This document shows, one piece after another, positions 53,790 through 64,000 of a DNA stretch of 64,000 nucleotides. Below the pieces are notes generated by a model. It did no database searches and was not told where the DNA came from. It saw nothing but the letters and a program-made list of their open reading frames with translations. This stretch comes from Camelus ferus (taxonomy: Eukaryota). The number at the start of each line of letters is the position of its first letter. The stretch's first letter is position 1. The position numbers and the translations under genes are program-made. The DNA is taken from the NCBI RefSeq assembly GCF_009834535.1, contig NC_045696.1, positions 56,050,001 through 56,114,000 on the forward strand, in the 5' to 3' direction.

Positions 53790-54000
53790 ACTGTTATGTA
53801 CTGAGAGCTGTATTAGGTACTTTCCATGCAAGTGTCTCATTGCAACAGCAGTGTGAGGTGAGCACAGTCACACCAGATTACCAAGAAGGAAACTGAAGGC
53901 AAGAAAGGTTAAGGAAACTGTCAAGGTCACAGCTAGAAAGCTGCCAAGCCGGCACTCAAGCTCAGTGCCTTTAGATTCTGAAGCCTGAGCAAGTCCCACT
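53790..54000 (-). mobile_element. MIR SINE
   Basis: gaaggaaactgaaggcaagaaaggttaaggaaactgtcaaggtcacagctagaaag. Confidence 0.65.
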
Positions 54001-54157
54001 GCTCCACAAAGTTGCTGCAAACTCCACCGTCACAGGCAGCACAGCCGTCCTTCCCCAAGTGTTTCTCCAGAGGGGCGCTAAGTCCTTGGGAGTCTGGAAA
54101 GGGGCAGGTTTCGTGTCCCCTGAGTACACCTTGAGACTGCTCGTGATGTCCCTGCAG

Positions 54158-54346
54158 TGATCATGTCGGATGCAGGCTGTGGAGGAGAGGCGGGCATTGA
54201 TCCGGAGGAAAAAGAGGGAACAGATCAGAACTCAGCCTCCAGGAGCCAAGGGTCTGACGGAAGAGCAGCGGATGATGATCAGGGAGCTGATGAACGCTCA
54301 GATGAAAACCTTTGACACCAACTTCTCACAATTCAAGAATTTCCGG
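54158..54346 (+). CDS. NR1I2: NR1I2 exon 4 (hinge/helix 1), carrying an apparent +1 frameshift
   Basis: Acceptor ccctgcag, donor gtatga. The 5' part reads (M)IMSDA in one frame and AVEERRALIRRKKREQ...KTFDTNFSQFKNFR in another. Length is 189 nt where phase 1 in / phase 0 out requires 3n+2 (188). Confidence 0.92.
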
Positions 54347-54420
54347 GTATGAGGGTTCAGAACCAGCTCAGCTCCTTTGTAGCTCCTCAAAAGCCCACCT
54401 CCTTCCTGGGGGTTCTTGTA

Positions 54421-54590
54421 GAGTGGCCTCTGGACGAAGTAGCAGCATCACCTGGGAACTTGCTAGACATGCAAATTCTCAGATCATCCCAGACCTCCTG
54501 AATCTGAAACTTTGAGGGTGGGGCCCAGCAGTCTGGGCTTTGACAAGACCCCTCAGGTGATTCTGACCCACGCTCAGGTCTGAGACTCTC
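54421..54590. mobile_element. MER5A-type hAT MITE
   Basis: agcagcatcacctgggaacttgctagacatgcaaattctcag...ctgaatctgaaactttgagggtggggcccagcagtctg...caggtgattctga. Confidence 0.8.
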
Positions 54591-55086
54591 TGCTCTCTCC
54601 TTCCGCAGCAGGTAGGAACTGGGTCTGAGAAGTAAATGGAATTTTGGAAAGCTGAGTTGCCCCGGGTTGCTGGCACTCAGGGCTTTATGAGGATAGGGTC
54701 AGGACCTGTTGGGGGCATGATGTTTTTGAACTGGTTTTACTGATCCAAAAAACGCTCGTGATCTCAGGAAAATTAGCTGTGTCTGATCCCAGTGCCTTCC
54801 TCCACCTGCGCTCAGAGGTATCTCGGTGACAGGTCCAGCTAGGAGAACGGATAACCAATGGCCTCAAAAGTCTGTTCTTTCCATCTAGCTCCCAGACCCT
54901 TTCCTCTGAGTCTCCTGACGCAAGATCAGGGATGCTTGGGACACATCCATGGGTGGCGGCCCCCTCACATTCTACAGGGGCAGGGAGCACACCCATCTCT
55001 GACCAGGCAGGGATGTGAGGGACCATGAATTCATAGATCCACTCAATAGGAGAAGACCCCAGAGAGAAGAACCAAGTGCTGTGTCC

Positions 55087-55122
55087 GTGTGTGTGTGTAT
55101 GTGTGTGTGTGTGTGTGTGTGT
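55087..55122 (+). repeat. (TG)n microsatellite upstream of NR1I2 exon 5
   Basis: TG run with one interruption, about 125 nt before the acceptor. Confidence 0.85.
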
Positions 55123-55246
55123 ACCCATCTGCCGTTGTGCATCCTCTCAGGCTACAGCTGTGGCTGTGGGTGCCTGTATGGGAACCCATTTGGGAGAATA
55201 CATGCTGTCTCTGTCTCTTTTCTCCACCTCCTGGCTCGTTCCCCAG

Positions 55247-55521
55247 CTGCCAGAGGTGCTTAGCAGTGGCTGCGAGATTCCAAATTCTCTGCAGACTCCA
55301 TCGGGGGAAGAAGCTGTCAAGTGGAGCCAGATTAGGGAAGATCTGGGCCGAGTGAAGGTCTCTCTGCAGCTGCGGGGGGAAGACGGCAGCGTCTGGAACT
55401 ACAAGCCCCCAGCTAACAACAGCGGGAAAGAGATCTTTTCCATGCTGCCCCACATAGCGGACATGTCAACCTACATGTTCAAAGGCATCATCAACTTTGC
55501 CAAAGTCATCTCCTACTTCAG
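55247..55521 (+). CDS. NR1I2: NR1I2 exon 5, ligand-binding domain
   Basis: Acceptor gttccccag, donor gtaggg. LPEVLSSGCEIP...VSLQLRGEDGSVWNYKPP...PHIADMSTYMFKGIINFAKVISYF(R); 275 nt. Confidence 0.96.
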
Positions 55522-57557
55522 GTAGGGGCCAGGTGGGTGGTGTCGAAGGAGCAGGAAATGGCCAGCAGGTTCAAAGGGTCTGAGGTAGATTTCTCTGAAT
55601 TTGGGGGACATTGGTACCAAAGGACCCTCCTTTACCTCTGCCCCCAGGGCACCTGGTGCTGCTGGGGAGTGGGGCCCTCGTTGTGTGTAGGGCTCATCCG
55701 CTCTGTGACCGCAGCCTGCCGTTTCACCTGTCTCAGCCTCCCTCCTCTGCTAGACCAGGACTAATAGTGCCAACCTTGCAGGGCTGTGGTGTGAAATAAG
55801 AAAACATCTTGAAGAGCACTTAGCACATACATGGTGGACATTCAGATCATAATTTCCCTCCCTATTTCCCCACAAAAGGGCAGGAATCACAAGTGGGCAG
55901 TTCCAGAGCAAAGAAGGATTTGGAAAGAAAGGGAAGGAAGTGCAGAGGAAGCAGGAGGAGAGGACTGGGAACAGACCTGGGGCGCTGGCAGACTGCCTCC
56001 GGGAGAAGGCTGAGGAGCCACGAGGAGGATGGGTGGTCCTGAGAGCCACAGGGCCAGCACTCCCCAGAGCTAGTCATGGAGGCAACAACCATGGGGCAGC
56101 CAGGGTGAGCGTGAGACCCTGGAACCTACTGGTCTGGTGGGAACCATGGCCCCGTAACATAGAGCCTATCAGGACTGGGGATGGCCCAGACGTGTCTTCC
56201 CTGGGGTCGGCCACTGGCCTTGCCGGGCCCGGGCAGGTGAAGCAGAGTCACACATGAGGAGTCCTGATTTCATCCACAGGCAGAGTGTGGAATCTATTCC
56301 AGGAGCCCACAATTTCCCTTGTGGCCCTGAGGGTGACACACAGGACTTATTTACTGGGGCGAGAGTGGCCACAGGCTGCCATGGGGTTCAGATTGGGGCA
56401 AATTAGGTCAAGGGAGCAGGGATAGAGTCCCCTTATACGCGTGGACCTTGGCCATCCCCCTGACATCTGATGACCCAGGATCTACCACCAGGGTGGGGAG
56501 TCACTTGCTATTTCTCGGGACCCCCAGTGTTGAGCGCAGCCCCCTCAGGAGCAGGAGTTACTCTCACCTTCCTTCGACAGATAGAAAACTGAGGCTCACT
56601 TAAATGAAGGCTTGCACAGGGCTGCAGTTAATCAGGGAGGCCAGCTTTGGAAGCAGAGTACAGTCTTCAGAGCCCAGCCTCCCATCAGGGCCTGGGCACT
56701 GGGGGTACATAGAAAGAAAAGGTCAATTTCACGGCATCTGTGGCTCATCGTTGTGGATCTAAAGGAAGGGACTGAACTCCTGAGGAGACCAAAGCCAGGC
56801 AGAGAGCTTCCTCAAGAGCCAGCAGGAAAGACCTGCCTCCTTCAGTGGGGAGTTGGGGACCCCCTCAGGTGGGGAGGGTGTCAATCTGTGAATTCCAGAG
56901 GCAGCCACTGTGTTTGGGCCTGTGCTCAGGGCTGGGGGTGGGGCTCAGGGCATCCAGGCTGCCTGGAGAGAAACAGTAGAAATAGCAAATCCCAAACAGA
57001 CAGTGCGAAGTAAAGAGCCCCGCTGCATGGAACTCACACGGGAGGATTGGCACGCAGAAGGACTGCACTCTGGAAAGACCTCTAGGAGGCACAAGAACAG
57101 CTTGGTCTGAAGGACTAGCAGGATGTACATAAGTGAAGCTAAAGGGGTAATCGTTTCAAGGGGGAAACCAAGGCAGAAAGTATGAGGCTGGGGACCAGAA
57201 GCTGAGGCACTGGCTGGGGGTCGTGGCTGTGCAGGGAGCTGGAGGAGATGGGGCAAGGTTGTGAGGGGCCTGGACACGAAGCTCTATGAGCAGTGGAGAG
57301 TCCCTGAAGGTAGCAGGAGCCCAGAGGGGCATGGCAGGGAGGAGGAATCTGCTTGGCTGGACTGTGAGTGGGAGAGATTAGAGGTGATTCAAAAGCAAGT
57401 GCAATAATCATAATCCTCAGGGGTAGAAGCCCATTCTACCTCTTGTTTTTGCCCCTCTCTCTCCCCCTGCCCTGATTTCTGGATTATGGGAGTGGGTGCC
57501 TGTGGCCTGTGGCAGCTTCCCAGGAAGCCGGCATCCCCTGCCCATCCTTGCTGCTAG

Positions 57558-57700
57558 GGACTTGACCATTGAGGACCAGATCTCCCTGCTGAAGGGGGCC
57601 ACCTTTGAGCTGTGCCAGCTGAGATTCAACACAGTGTTCAACGCAGAGACTGGGACCTGGGAGTGTGGTCGGCTGTCCTACTGCTTGGAAGACCCTGCAG
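57558..57700 (+). CDS. NR1I2: NR1I2 exon 6, ligand-binding domain
   Basis: Acceptor ctgctag, donor gtgccc. DLTIEDQISLLKGATFELCQLRFNTVFNAETGTWECGRLSYCLEDPA; 143 nt. Confidence 0.96.
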
Positions 57701-57897
57701 GTGCCCAAGAGATGCCTGCTGCCCTGGCAGAGGGAGGGAATTAGCCATTGAGGGAGGAAAGGAGCCACGCCAGGGAACACAGGTCCTGGGATTGCAGGGC
57801 AGATTGGGCGATGGGAAAAAAGACCTTAGTGAGGAAAGTCTGGGTCTTGGGGCAGCTTCCTGAGAAGTTTACCCCTCCAGCCTACGCCCACCCACAG

Positions 57898-58014
57898 GTG
57901 GCTTCCAGCAGCTTCTCCTGGAGCCCATGCTGAAATTCCACTACATGCTGAAGAAGCTGCAGCTGCATAAGGAGGAGTATGTGCTGATGCAGGCCATCTC
58001 TCTTTTCTCTCCAG
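57898..58014 (+). CDS. NR1I2: NR1I2 exon 7, ligand-binding domain
   Basis: Acceptor cacccacag, donor gtgata. GFQQLLLEPMLKFHYMLKKLQLHKEEYVLMQAISLFSP; 117 nt. Confidence 0.96.
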
Positions 58015-58397
58015 GTGATAACCCCATCTGCCCTACCTGGTCTCCCTGGACCCCTCCCCAGGCTTGCTCTCCCCACTACCCTCCCACCCCCCAACCTCTA
58101 CTTCAGCTGCAAGAGGCAGCAGCACCTCCCCTGCCCTCCCCAGAGAAGGTCCCAGCTGATGGCCTTACCCACTACTTACTGCATGGCCAGGATGGGGACT
58201 TCAGCCGTTTTCCCCCAGGGTCAGTGGGCAGTGGGGTGATGCAGAGCCCTCTGAGTTCTCCCCTCACTTCCTTGCCTGGGAGTCCCTGGCTCTGGAAGAT
58301 TGTGGGCAGGCAGTAGGCCTCCTCTGGGATCGCCCAAACTTGGCCCGCAGGCCCCCACGGCCTTGCAGGCACCACACTGCCTTCCCCTCCCCATCAG

Positions 58398-58503
58398 ACC
58401 GCCCGGGTGTGGTACAGCGCTGCGTGGTGGACCAGATGCAGGAGCGGTTCGCCATTACCCTGAAGGCCTACATCGAGTGCCACCGGCCCCAGCCCGCCTA
58501 CCG
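58398..58503 (+). CDS. NR1I2: NR1I2 exon 8, ligand-binding domain
   Basis: Acceptor cccctccccatcag, donor gtgagc. (D)RPGVVQRCVVDQMQERFAITLKAYIECHRPQPAY(R); 106 nt. Confidence 0.95.
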
Positions 58504-60176
58504 GTGAGCAGCAGGCGGGGAGGGTGTGAGGGGCAAGGCCCTGCCTCCAGTCCCCACCTGTTCTGGGCCTCCCTGGGATGCAGACCCGAGCCGCCCCAGG
58601 GGCAGTCTCTGATTACCAGGACTTTGGGGCCCTGCTCAGTGACGTCTGCTGAGGCCTCCTGCCCAGTGGGCCTGAGCTCCAGCCCAATAATGGAGAGGTT
58701 TGAGGAGGGCGGGGACCACAGTCAGCTGACAGGATGTGGCTCCCTACACCAACCACCTGATGATGCTGACACTGGGAGGGGTGCTGCATGGCACACCCGG
58801 CTCCGTGAGCCCCTGACTGTGACCACGCTGGACCTGTCACGTCTGGAGTCACCATGGCTACCCCTTCCCTACCCTCACCCCGCAGCCAGCAGCAACCCCA
58901 AGCCCTGGCCGGTGCCCCTGCAGTGCCTGCTCCCTACCTCTCTGTCGGCTCTGCCTGCCCCTGGCGTGGCACTGGTCAGGCGTGAGCCTGGTGCCAGTAT
59001 CTAAATGTCTATCATTCTAAGACCAAAAAAAAAAAAAAAAGGTCTGTCTGCTGAGGGCCTTCCACACTCCTGTCATCAAGGGGTGGGACAGCCAGCTATT
59101 CTTCTGAGGCTCCTACAGGGCCTTCTAGCAACAGCCAGCAATGCGTATGATGACAATAAAGGTAACAGTGATAACAATAATGATGCCACTAATAAACAGA
59201 CCTAGAACAGCTATTTTTTGAGATGTGCCAGTCCTGGTGCCAAGCAGTTTACATGCAGGATCACCTTTAATCTTAAAAACAGCCCCATGCAGCGGATGCC
59301 ACCATCATCCTGCAAGGGACTGGAGTTCAAGGCTACTGCCTCAGGTCCCACAGCCGGACAGGTGAGATCTGGAGGTAGATGCTTGCAGACCAAGTCCACA
59401 GCCTACACTCTTGAACACTGACTACCTAACCCTCTCCCAGGACAGACACAAGCTAACAGGGTAGGAAGCTCCTTAGTTCTGGTTACAACCCCAAAGAGGA
59501 AGGCTGCTCAGGCCTTGGTCAGACAGAGCCTTCCTTCTCTTCACTGGGCCTCAGCAGTCCCTGTGACCTGGTGCCCACAGGCCCAGGTTGTGACAGGGGA
59601 AGGCCAGTGCTGGGTCTGCTAGTGTGAATGTAAAACCTCAAGCCTTACTTGGCCTGCTACAGCTTGCTTTTGAACTTGGCATCCTAGGATGTGGGTCCTC
59701 CCCCGTAGGGAGCCAGGAGGTGTCATGGCGAAACTGAGGCATGATGTCTGTCCCAGACACCAGATCCCAGGCTAGGTCCAGGGAGAGACTGCAGCCTGCA
59801 GCCCTTCCTCCACAGCCACTCCACCTGGTCCTGACCCCCATCCATTAGCTGCAGCTGTGACGCCCCCCACAACTTGACTTATTCACTTGGTGCCTGCAAT
59901 GCCTGGTTTTCCCATGGATGGCCCTGTGCACAGGGACTCAAGCCCAGAGGAGGAGGTGGGGGTAGGGAGAGTGAGTGAGTCCTCACCTCAAAGCCCCAGG
60001 CTGTTCTGCCCTTCTCGTCAGCAGGCTGAGAGAAACTTAAGGAGTTCAGCTGAGCTTGTCTCCTGGCTGACCTGAGAGGTCCTGAGACAAAAACCCTGAG
60101 TCTTGGGCCATTTCAGCATTGGTGGGTGGGGGCAGGGCGGGCTGCTCCCCAACCCTTTCCTCTGGCTGGTCTGCAG

Positions 60177-60321
60177 GTTCCTGTTCCTGAAGATCATGGC
60201 GATGCTCACCGAGCTCCGCAGCATCAATGCCCAGCACACCAAGCGGCTGCTGCGCATCCAGGACATTCACCCCTTTGCCACCCCACTCATGCAGGAGTTG
60301 TTCGGCATCGTGGAAGGCTGA
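60177..60321 (+). CDS. NR1I2: NR1I2 exon 9 coding part, AF-2 helix and stop
   Basis: Acceptor ggtctgcag. FLFLKIMAMLTELRSINAQHTKRLLRIQDIHPFATPLMQELFGIVEG*; TGA at 60319-60321. Confidence 0.96.
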
Positions 60322-61546
60322 GTGGCTGCCCCAGGCCAGGGCGCTCGGAGCCTCCACTCCCGGGGCTAGACAGACGGATGCTGCTGACAGTGCCCTGTGT
60401 GTCCTGCCTCCCCAGGGAACTCACGATGACAGCTGGGATGATGACTGGTTAGCATTCCTCAGGAAGGGGACATGGGATCCCCCAGCCCTGAGCTCAGTCT
60501 GTGGAGAGCCAAGCCCTAGACCCTGACATGGAGAGTACACTGGCCCATAGGTCAGCCCATCGAGAGGCAAGACCACAGTCCCTTTAGAAAAGGCGCTGGA
60601 TCTAGGGATTTAGTGTCATGGTGGGAGAGGGGAAAGGGCACCTGTGGCTGGGCCATCTGAGGGTCTGTGCCCACGCCCAGTTTATTAGCTTAGTGGGTAT
60701 TTACACTGCTACGTCTCATACCCTGTCTCCTGCTTGCCACCTATTCCCAATCTGAAGCCTCCTGTCCTGAGCTGAGCTGCTCCATGAGTTCCAGGCCCAT
60801 GTCCACCAGTAGGTACATTAGTGTCTCTGGGAGAATTCTAGAGAGAGGCCAGAAGGTCAAATGCACCAAATGTCATGAGCCTGTCATGACCTCTCTATGT
60901 CTATTATCTCCTTCTGGGCCCCTCATTCTGTGTCTCTGCATTCGTTGAAACACATCATTAAGCACCAGTAACATGCAACCTGCTGTGGGGAAGATATGGA
61001 TCTTGACCTCGAAGCATTTATAGTTCAGTAAACAAAGCAGAAACATGAATAACTTTGATCAATCACAAGGAAAAGTGGTAAGTGACATAAAAAGACACAA
61101 GAAATGTCTTTCTGTGGATGCTGAGCTGTGCTGGGCTTCTGCAGGCACCCGGAGAGCCAAGTGAGGGATCCCTAGAATGTGGTTCGTGGGAGGAAGGGCA
61201 CTAGCTGCTGTGTGGACATGTGGGTGATGTGGTGCAAGTCTGCTCCACGCCTGAACTGGGGCTGGGTTGCTCCTGAGGCTGGAACACTGGGGGCTCTGTG
61301 ACAAGGCTATGCTGATGGCAGTTAATAAACATGTTCCTGTTTACACATCTGTCTTCAAAGCTAGAGTATGAAAGGGTCTGCTCTGTGTGTAGCCATTTTG
61401 AGTAAAAGTGTTTTTGCACTTTCAGCAAGTTCAATTTTAACCAACTTTACATAGGGCATCGCATACCTAAGAACCAGGCTTAGCAAATGTTCCTGTGGTT
61501 AATGTCAAATCAAGGCAAGAGGACTTCAATAATTAACTTCTGGCTA
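60322..61546 (+). other. NR1I2: NR1I2 3' UTR (3' end approximate)
   Basis: Follows the stop codon; AATAAA at 61324-61329. Sequence near 61500-61546 (aatgtcaaatcaaggcaa...tggcta) resembles the recalled human PXR mRNA end. Confidence 0.6.
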
Positions 61547-62276
61547 GAGATTTAAACCGTTTTTGGCCTTTCGTTCTGGGGAGAAAAGATATGTGGGGGT
61601 GGGGAAATAGAAATTATATATGTATATATTCCTATTTTTTAATACTTATTGTCCTTTACATACTTGAAGACTGTTGGTGTGAGAACATAAAATTCATTAT
61701 TTAGCTTGATTTGCTCATAAAATGATTATTCTATAAAAATTTAAAGTAAATATGATTTAAAATGTAGTAATTAATTTTAAATGTCTAATATTTTGATCCA
61801 AAGAAGCTACAAGTTAACTGAATTTTAAGAAACAGATACTTAGCTTTTACCATTTTACAAGAAGGCCAAACTTGGAGAATGTAAACTGTAGACACTATAA
61901 ATCAAAGCAAGCAAACATATTCCTTGCCATCCCTCCAGGTTTACCAGTCTCTTCTGTATCATTTTTAGAAAAGAAACTGAGGGGAAAAGAGCGCCTCTTT
62001 CCAAACACAATGAATACAATTCCCCAGGAACTGTGTCTAATTATACTCATTTGGAAATAAAAATTTCATTCAACTGTATTCATAAATCATAAACATCTCC
62101 TCTTTCCCATTTAAATAATTTTGAGTATGCTATTGATTCGAGAGCCTGAAATGGTTGTTAAATGTAGACTAAAGTGAGGGCAAGGTGAGATTAAGATGGG
62201 ATATGAACTCCCATCTCCCAGGGGATTTTCCCAGGCATTGAATTGATATGTACATATGATTTATATATATTATAAA

Positions 62277-62336
62277 AACTAAGTGTAGTCCAAGTGCAGT
62301 TAAAATAACTAAGTGTAGTCCAAGTGCAGTTAAAAT
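62277..62336 (+). repeat. Perfect 30-bp tandem duplication
   Basis: aactaagtgtagtccaagtgcagttaaaat twice. Confidence 0.95.
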
Positions 62337-63379
62337 TCAAGGTTAGATGCACCAAAGAGCTTACACAGATACTTCCTTTCAGCAGCTTTGTGGATCTCGA
62401 GTTTACAGGGCTAGAGGCCAGATTCAACTTTCCTACTCTCAAATATTTGAATTTCCGTTACTCCCTTCCCTGAACTCGTGAGCAGTAGAACAAAGCATCA
62501 GTTTCTAGGCATCCCTGAGGCCCCTATTCTTTTTCTAGGTCTTGCCTCAGTCAGGTGAGGATGGAGTCAGTCTCCAAAGCTCAGGAGAAAAGCCCTTCTA
62601 AGTAACTTACTGCTTACCTTCTGGCTCCCTGTTAGTCAGGGCCACTCTGCCTCCCATCTCTACCTGGCCCAGACTTTCAAGATCCAGTTAAATCCATGAC
62701 ATCAACAACTCTTGTGGGAAGGCCCAGGGTGGCCACTCCTTTCTGGAGAAAAGAGGATGTAAAGAGAAACATATTTAATGAATCATCCCTTCCCAGCTTC
62801 TGACAACCTGTGGGCCTCATCATGAATCTTCCACAACAGCTTCAGTCCTGTCCCTAACATAACCAGAGCTCTTCTAACCCCGAAGGTACTAATGGGTAGG
62901 TGAAATATTCCCACACCTGAGAGGGGCATCACCCCATCGCTTTCATTCACTTCCTTCCACAGACTTCCCCATGAAGGGTATCTGCAACCTGAGCTCTCCC
63001 CTTCCTAACTACCCGTCTAGAACACCTTCTAAACTGGCATCCAGCATCACTGCTCTCCTGAGATGTGATCCCGAAGGACTGGTTTGGTTACTACTTTTTT
63101 GGAAGTTGTTAAAAATTAAAAATGCAATCTTTCAGGATTTTTTAAGTTCAAAGGGTATCTTGCTCAATCCCTATTCAAATAGGGCAGGAAATAAGATAGT
63201 AAATCCCAAACAAATGCACTTCAATGCCACCAGGAGGCCCAGCCCACAAGTGGCATCTTGCATATTTGTGCTGATTCCCACTCTCCCCACCCCCACTCCC
63301 AACTGGTAAACCTATTTCACTTTTACAAATATTAGCCAATCCCACCACCACAATACGTAAATAAGCAGAGAACCAGGCT

Positions 63380-64000
63380 TTATCCAATATAAATTCATTT
63401 TTATTGAAGCAGCAGTCACATGACTTTATATCTATCCTTTAGATTAGGCCTGACAAAGTGTGCCAGCCCTAAAAAATTGTTTCTTTTTGCACTAAGTGAC
63501 ATAACAGGTTTACATACATTATCCAGTATTGGAAATGAGCAGACTCAAACACAACATGTGTTGGCTACCTGGGAGGTACAGCCCCACTGTTTGTGGTGTT
63601 CATATAATTCACAGATACTCCCAAAGACCATTACTAGTGGGATGAAAGTTAAAAGAAAATACAGCTACACCAAACCAGGAATACAGTAATCAGACAGCAG
63701 CGTATACATGTTTTAAAATTTGTCCCTTTCAGGGATGTTTTTCCTTCAAAGCAGTGTCTGCAAATCTTCCTCTACATCAAATCCAAAGGTTTCCAAGATG
63801 GAAGCTGCACCTCTTGGGGCTATACAATGGAGTAGGACCATCTGAAAGAACGGGAACTAGTGTTCCTATCTTGACTTTAATAACAAAGATCCATGTTTCT
63901 CTAACCGGAGGAACGAAGTGCTGATGTGACTACATTTTTGCAGTGGCAAAATAGGTAGGGTGAAGAAAAGAAGGTTGGGTACTGAAATAAAGACCACACA
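63380..64000 (-). other. GSK3B: Probable distal 3' UTR end of GSK3B, convergent with NR1I2
   Basis: Minus-strand AATAAA (tttatt at 63400-63405) followed by non-repetitive UTR-like sequence. GSK3B lies tail-to-tail with NR1I2 in mammals. No coding exon is in the window, so this call rests mainly on synteny. Confidence 0.55.

Noticed and set aside
54173..54190. Alternative acceptors (cag|gct at 54175, gag at 54184/54187/54189) as a rescue of the exon 4 frameshift
   Set aside because: With the phase-1 end of exon 3, none gives the LBD reading frame.
57565..57567. Thr in DLTIEDQ where human PXR has Pro
   Set aside because: Thr occurs at this position in VDR (DLTSEDQ), so it is probably tolerated.
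58300..59004. 234-aa ORF, the longest in the track
   Set aside because: Spans exon 8 out of frame plus GC-rich intron; Pro/Gly/Ser-rich with no recognisable domain and a non-ATG start, as expected by chance in GC-rich DNA.
49847..60321. Calling NR1I2 an established pseudogene
   Set aside because: Only one disabling lesion; all splice sites, other exon lengths and AF-2 are intact, so a sequencing error or a polymorphic allele cannot be excluded.

Overview
Mammalian genomic DNA, probably a cetartiodactyl. The L1 3' ends look camelid-like and I saw no Bov-A/PRE1/CHR2 SINEs, but the species call is inference. Gene order matches the conserved CFAP91(MAATS1)-NR1I2-GSK3B block. The window holds the last three coding exons of CFAP91 (+, 942-7985), a repeat-dense intergenic region, the complete NR1I2/PXR gene (+; non-coding exon 1 ending at 33047, eight coding exons 49825-60321, CUG start at 49847) and the probable far 3' end of GSK3B (-). 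Main result: the spliced NR1I2 CDS is 1306 nt (3n+1). Exon 4 has one extra base near 54171-54176 that shifts the frame between the DNA-binding and ligand-binding domains and gives a premature TGA at 54313-54315; every other exon and splice site is intact. This is either a young inactivating allele or an assembly error. Other points: an out-of-frame AUG ORF nested behind the CUG start that ends in an AUGA overlap with Met56, a CPF->CLF change in the D-box, a perfect IR1 upstream of the gene, a dense DR3/DR4/DR1 cluster in intron 1, a decayed exon-1b homologue, and several nested or TSD-flanked transposon insertions. Comparisons with human sequence are from memory and need checking by alignment.
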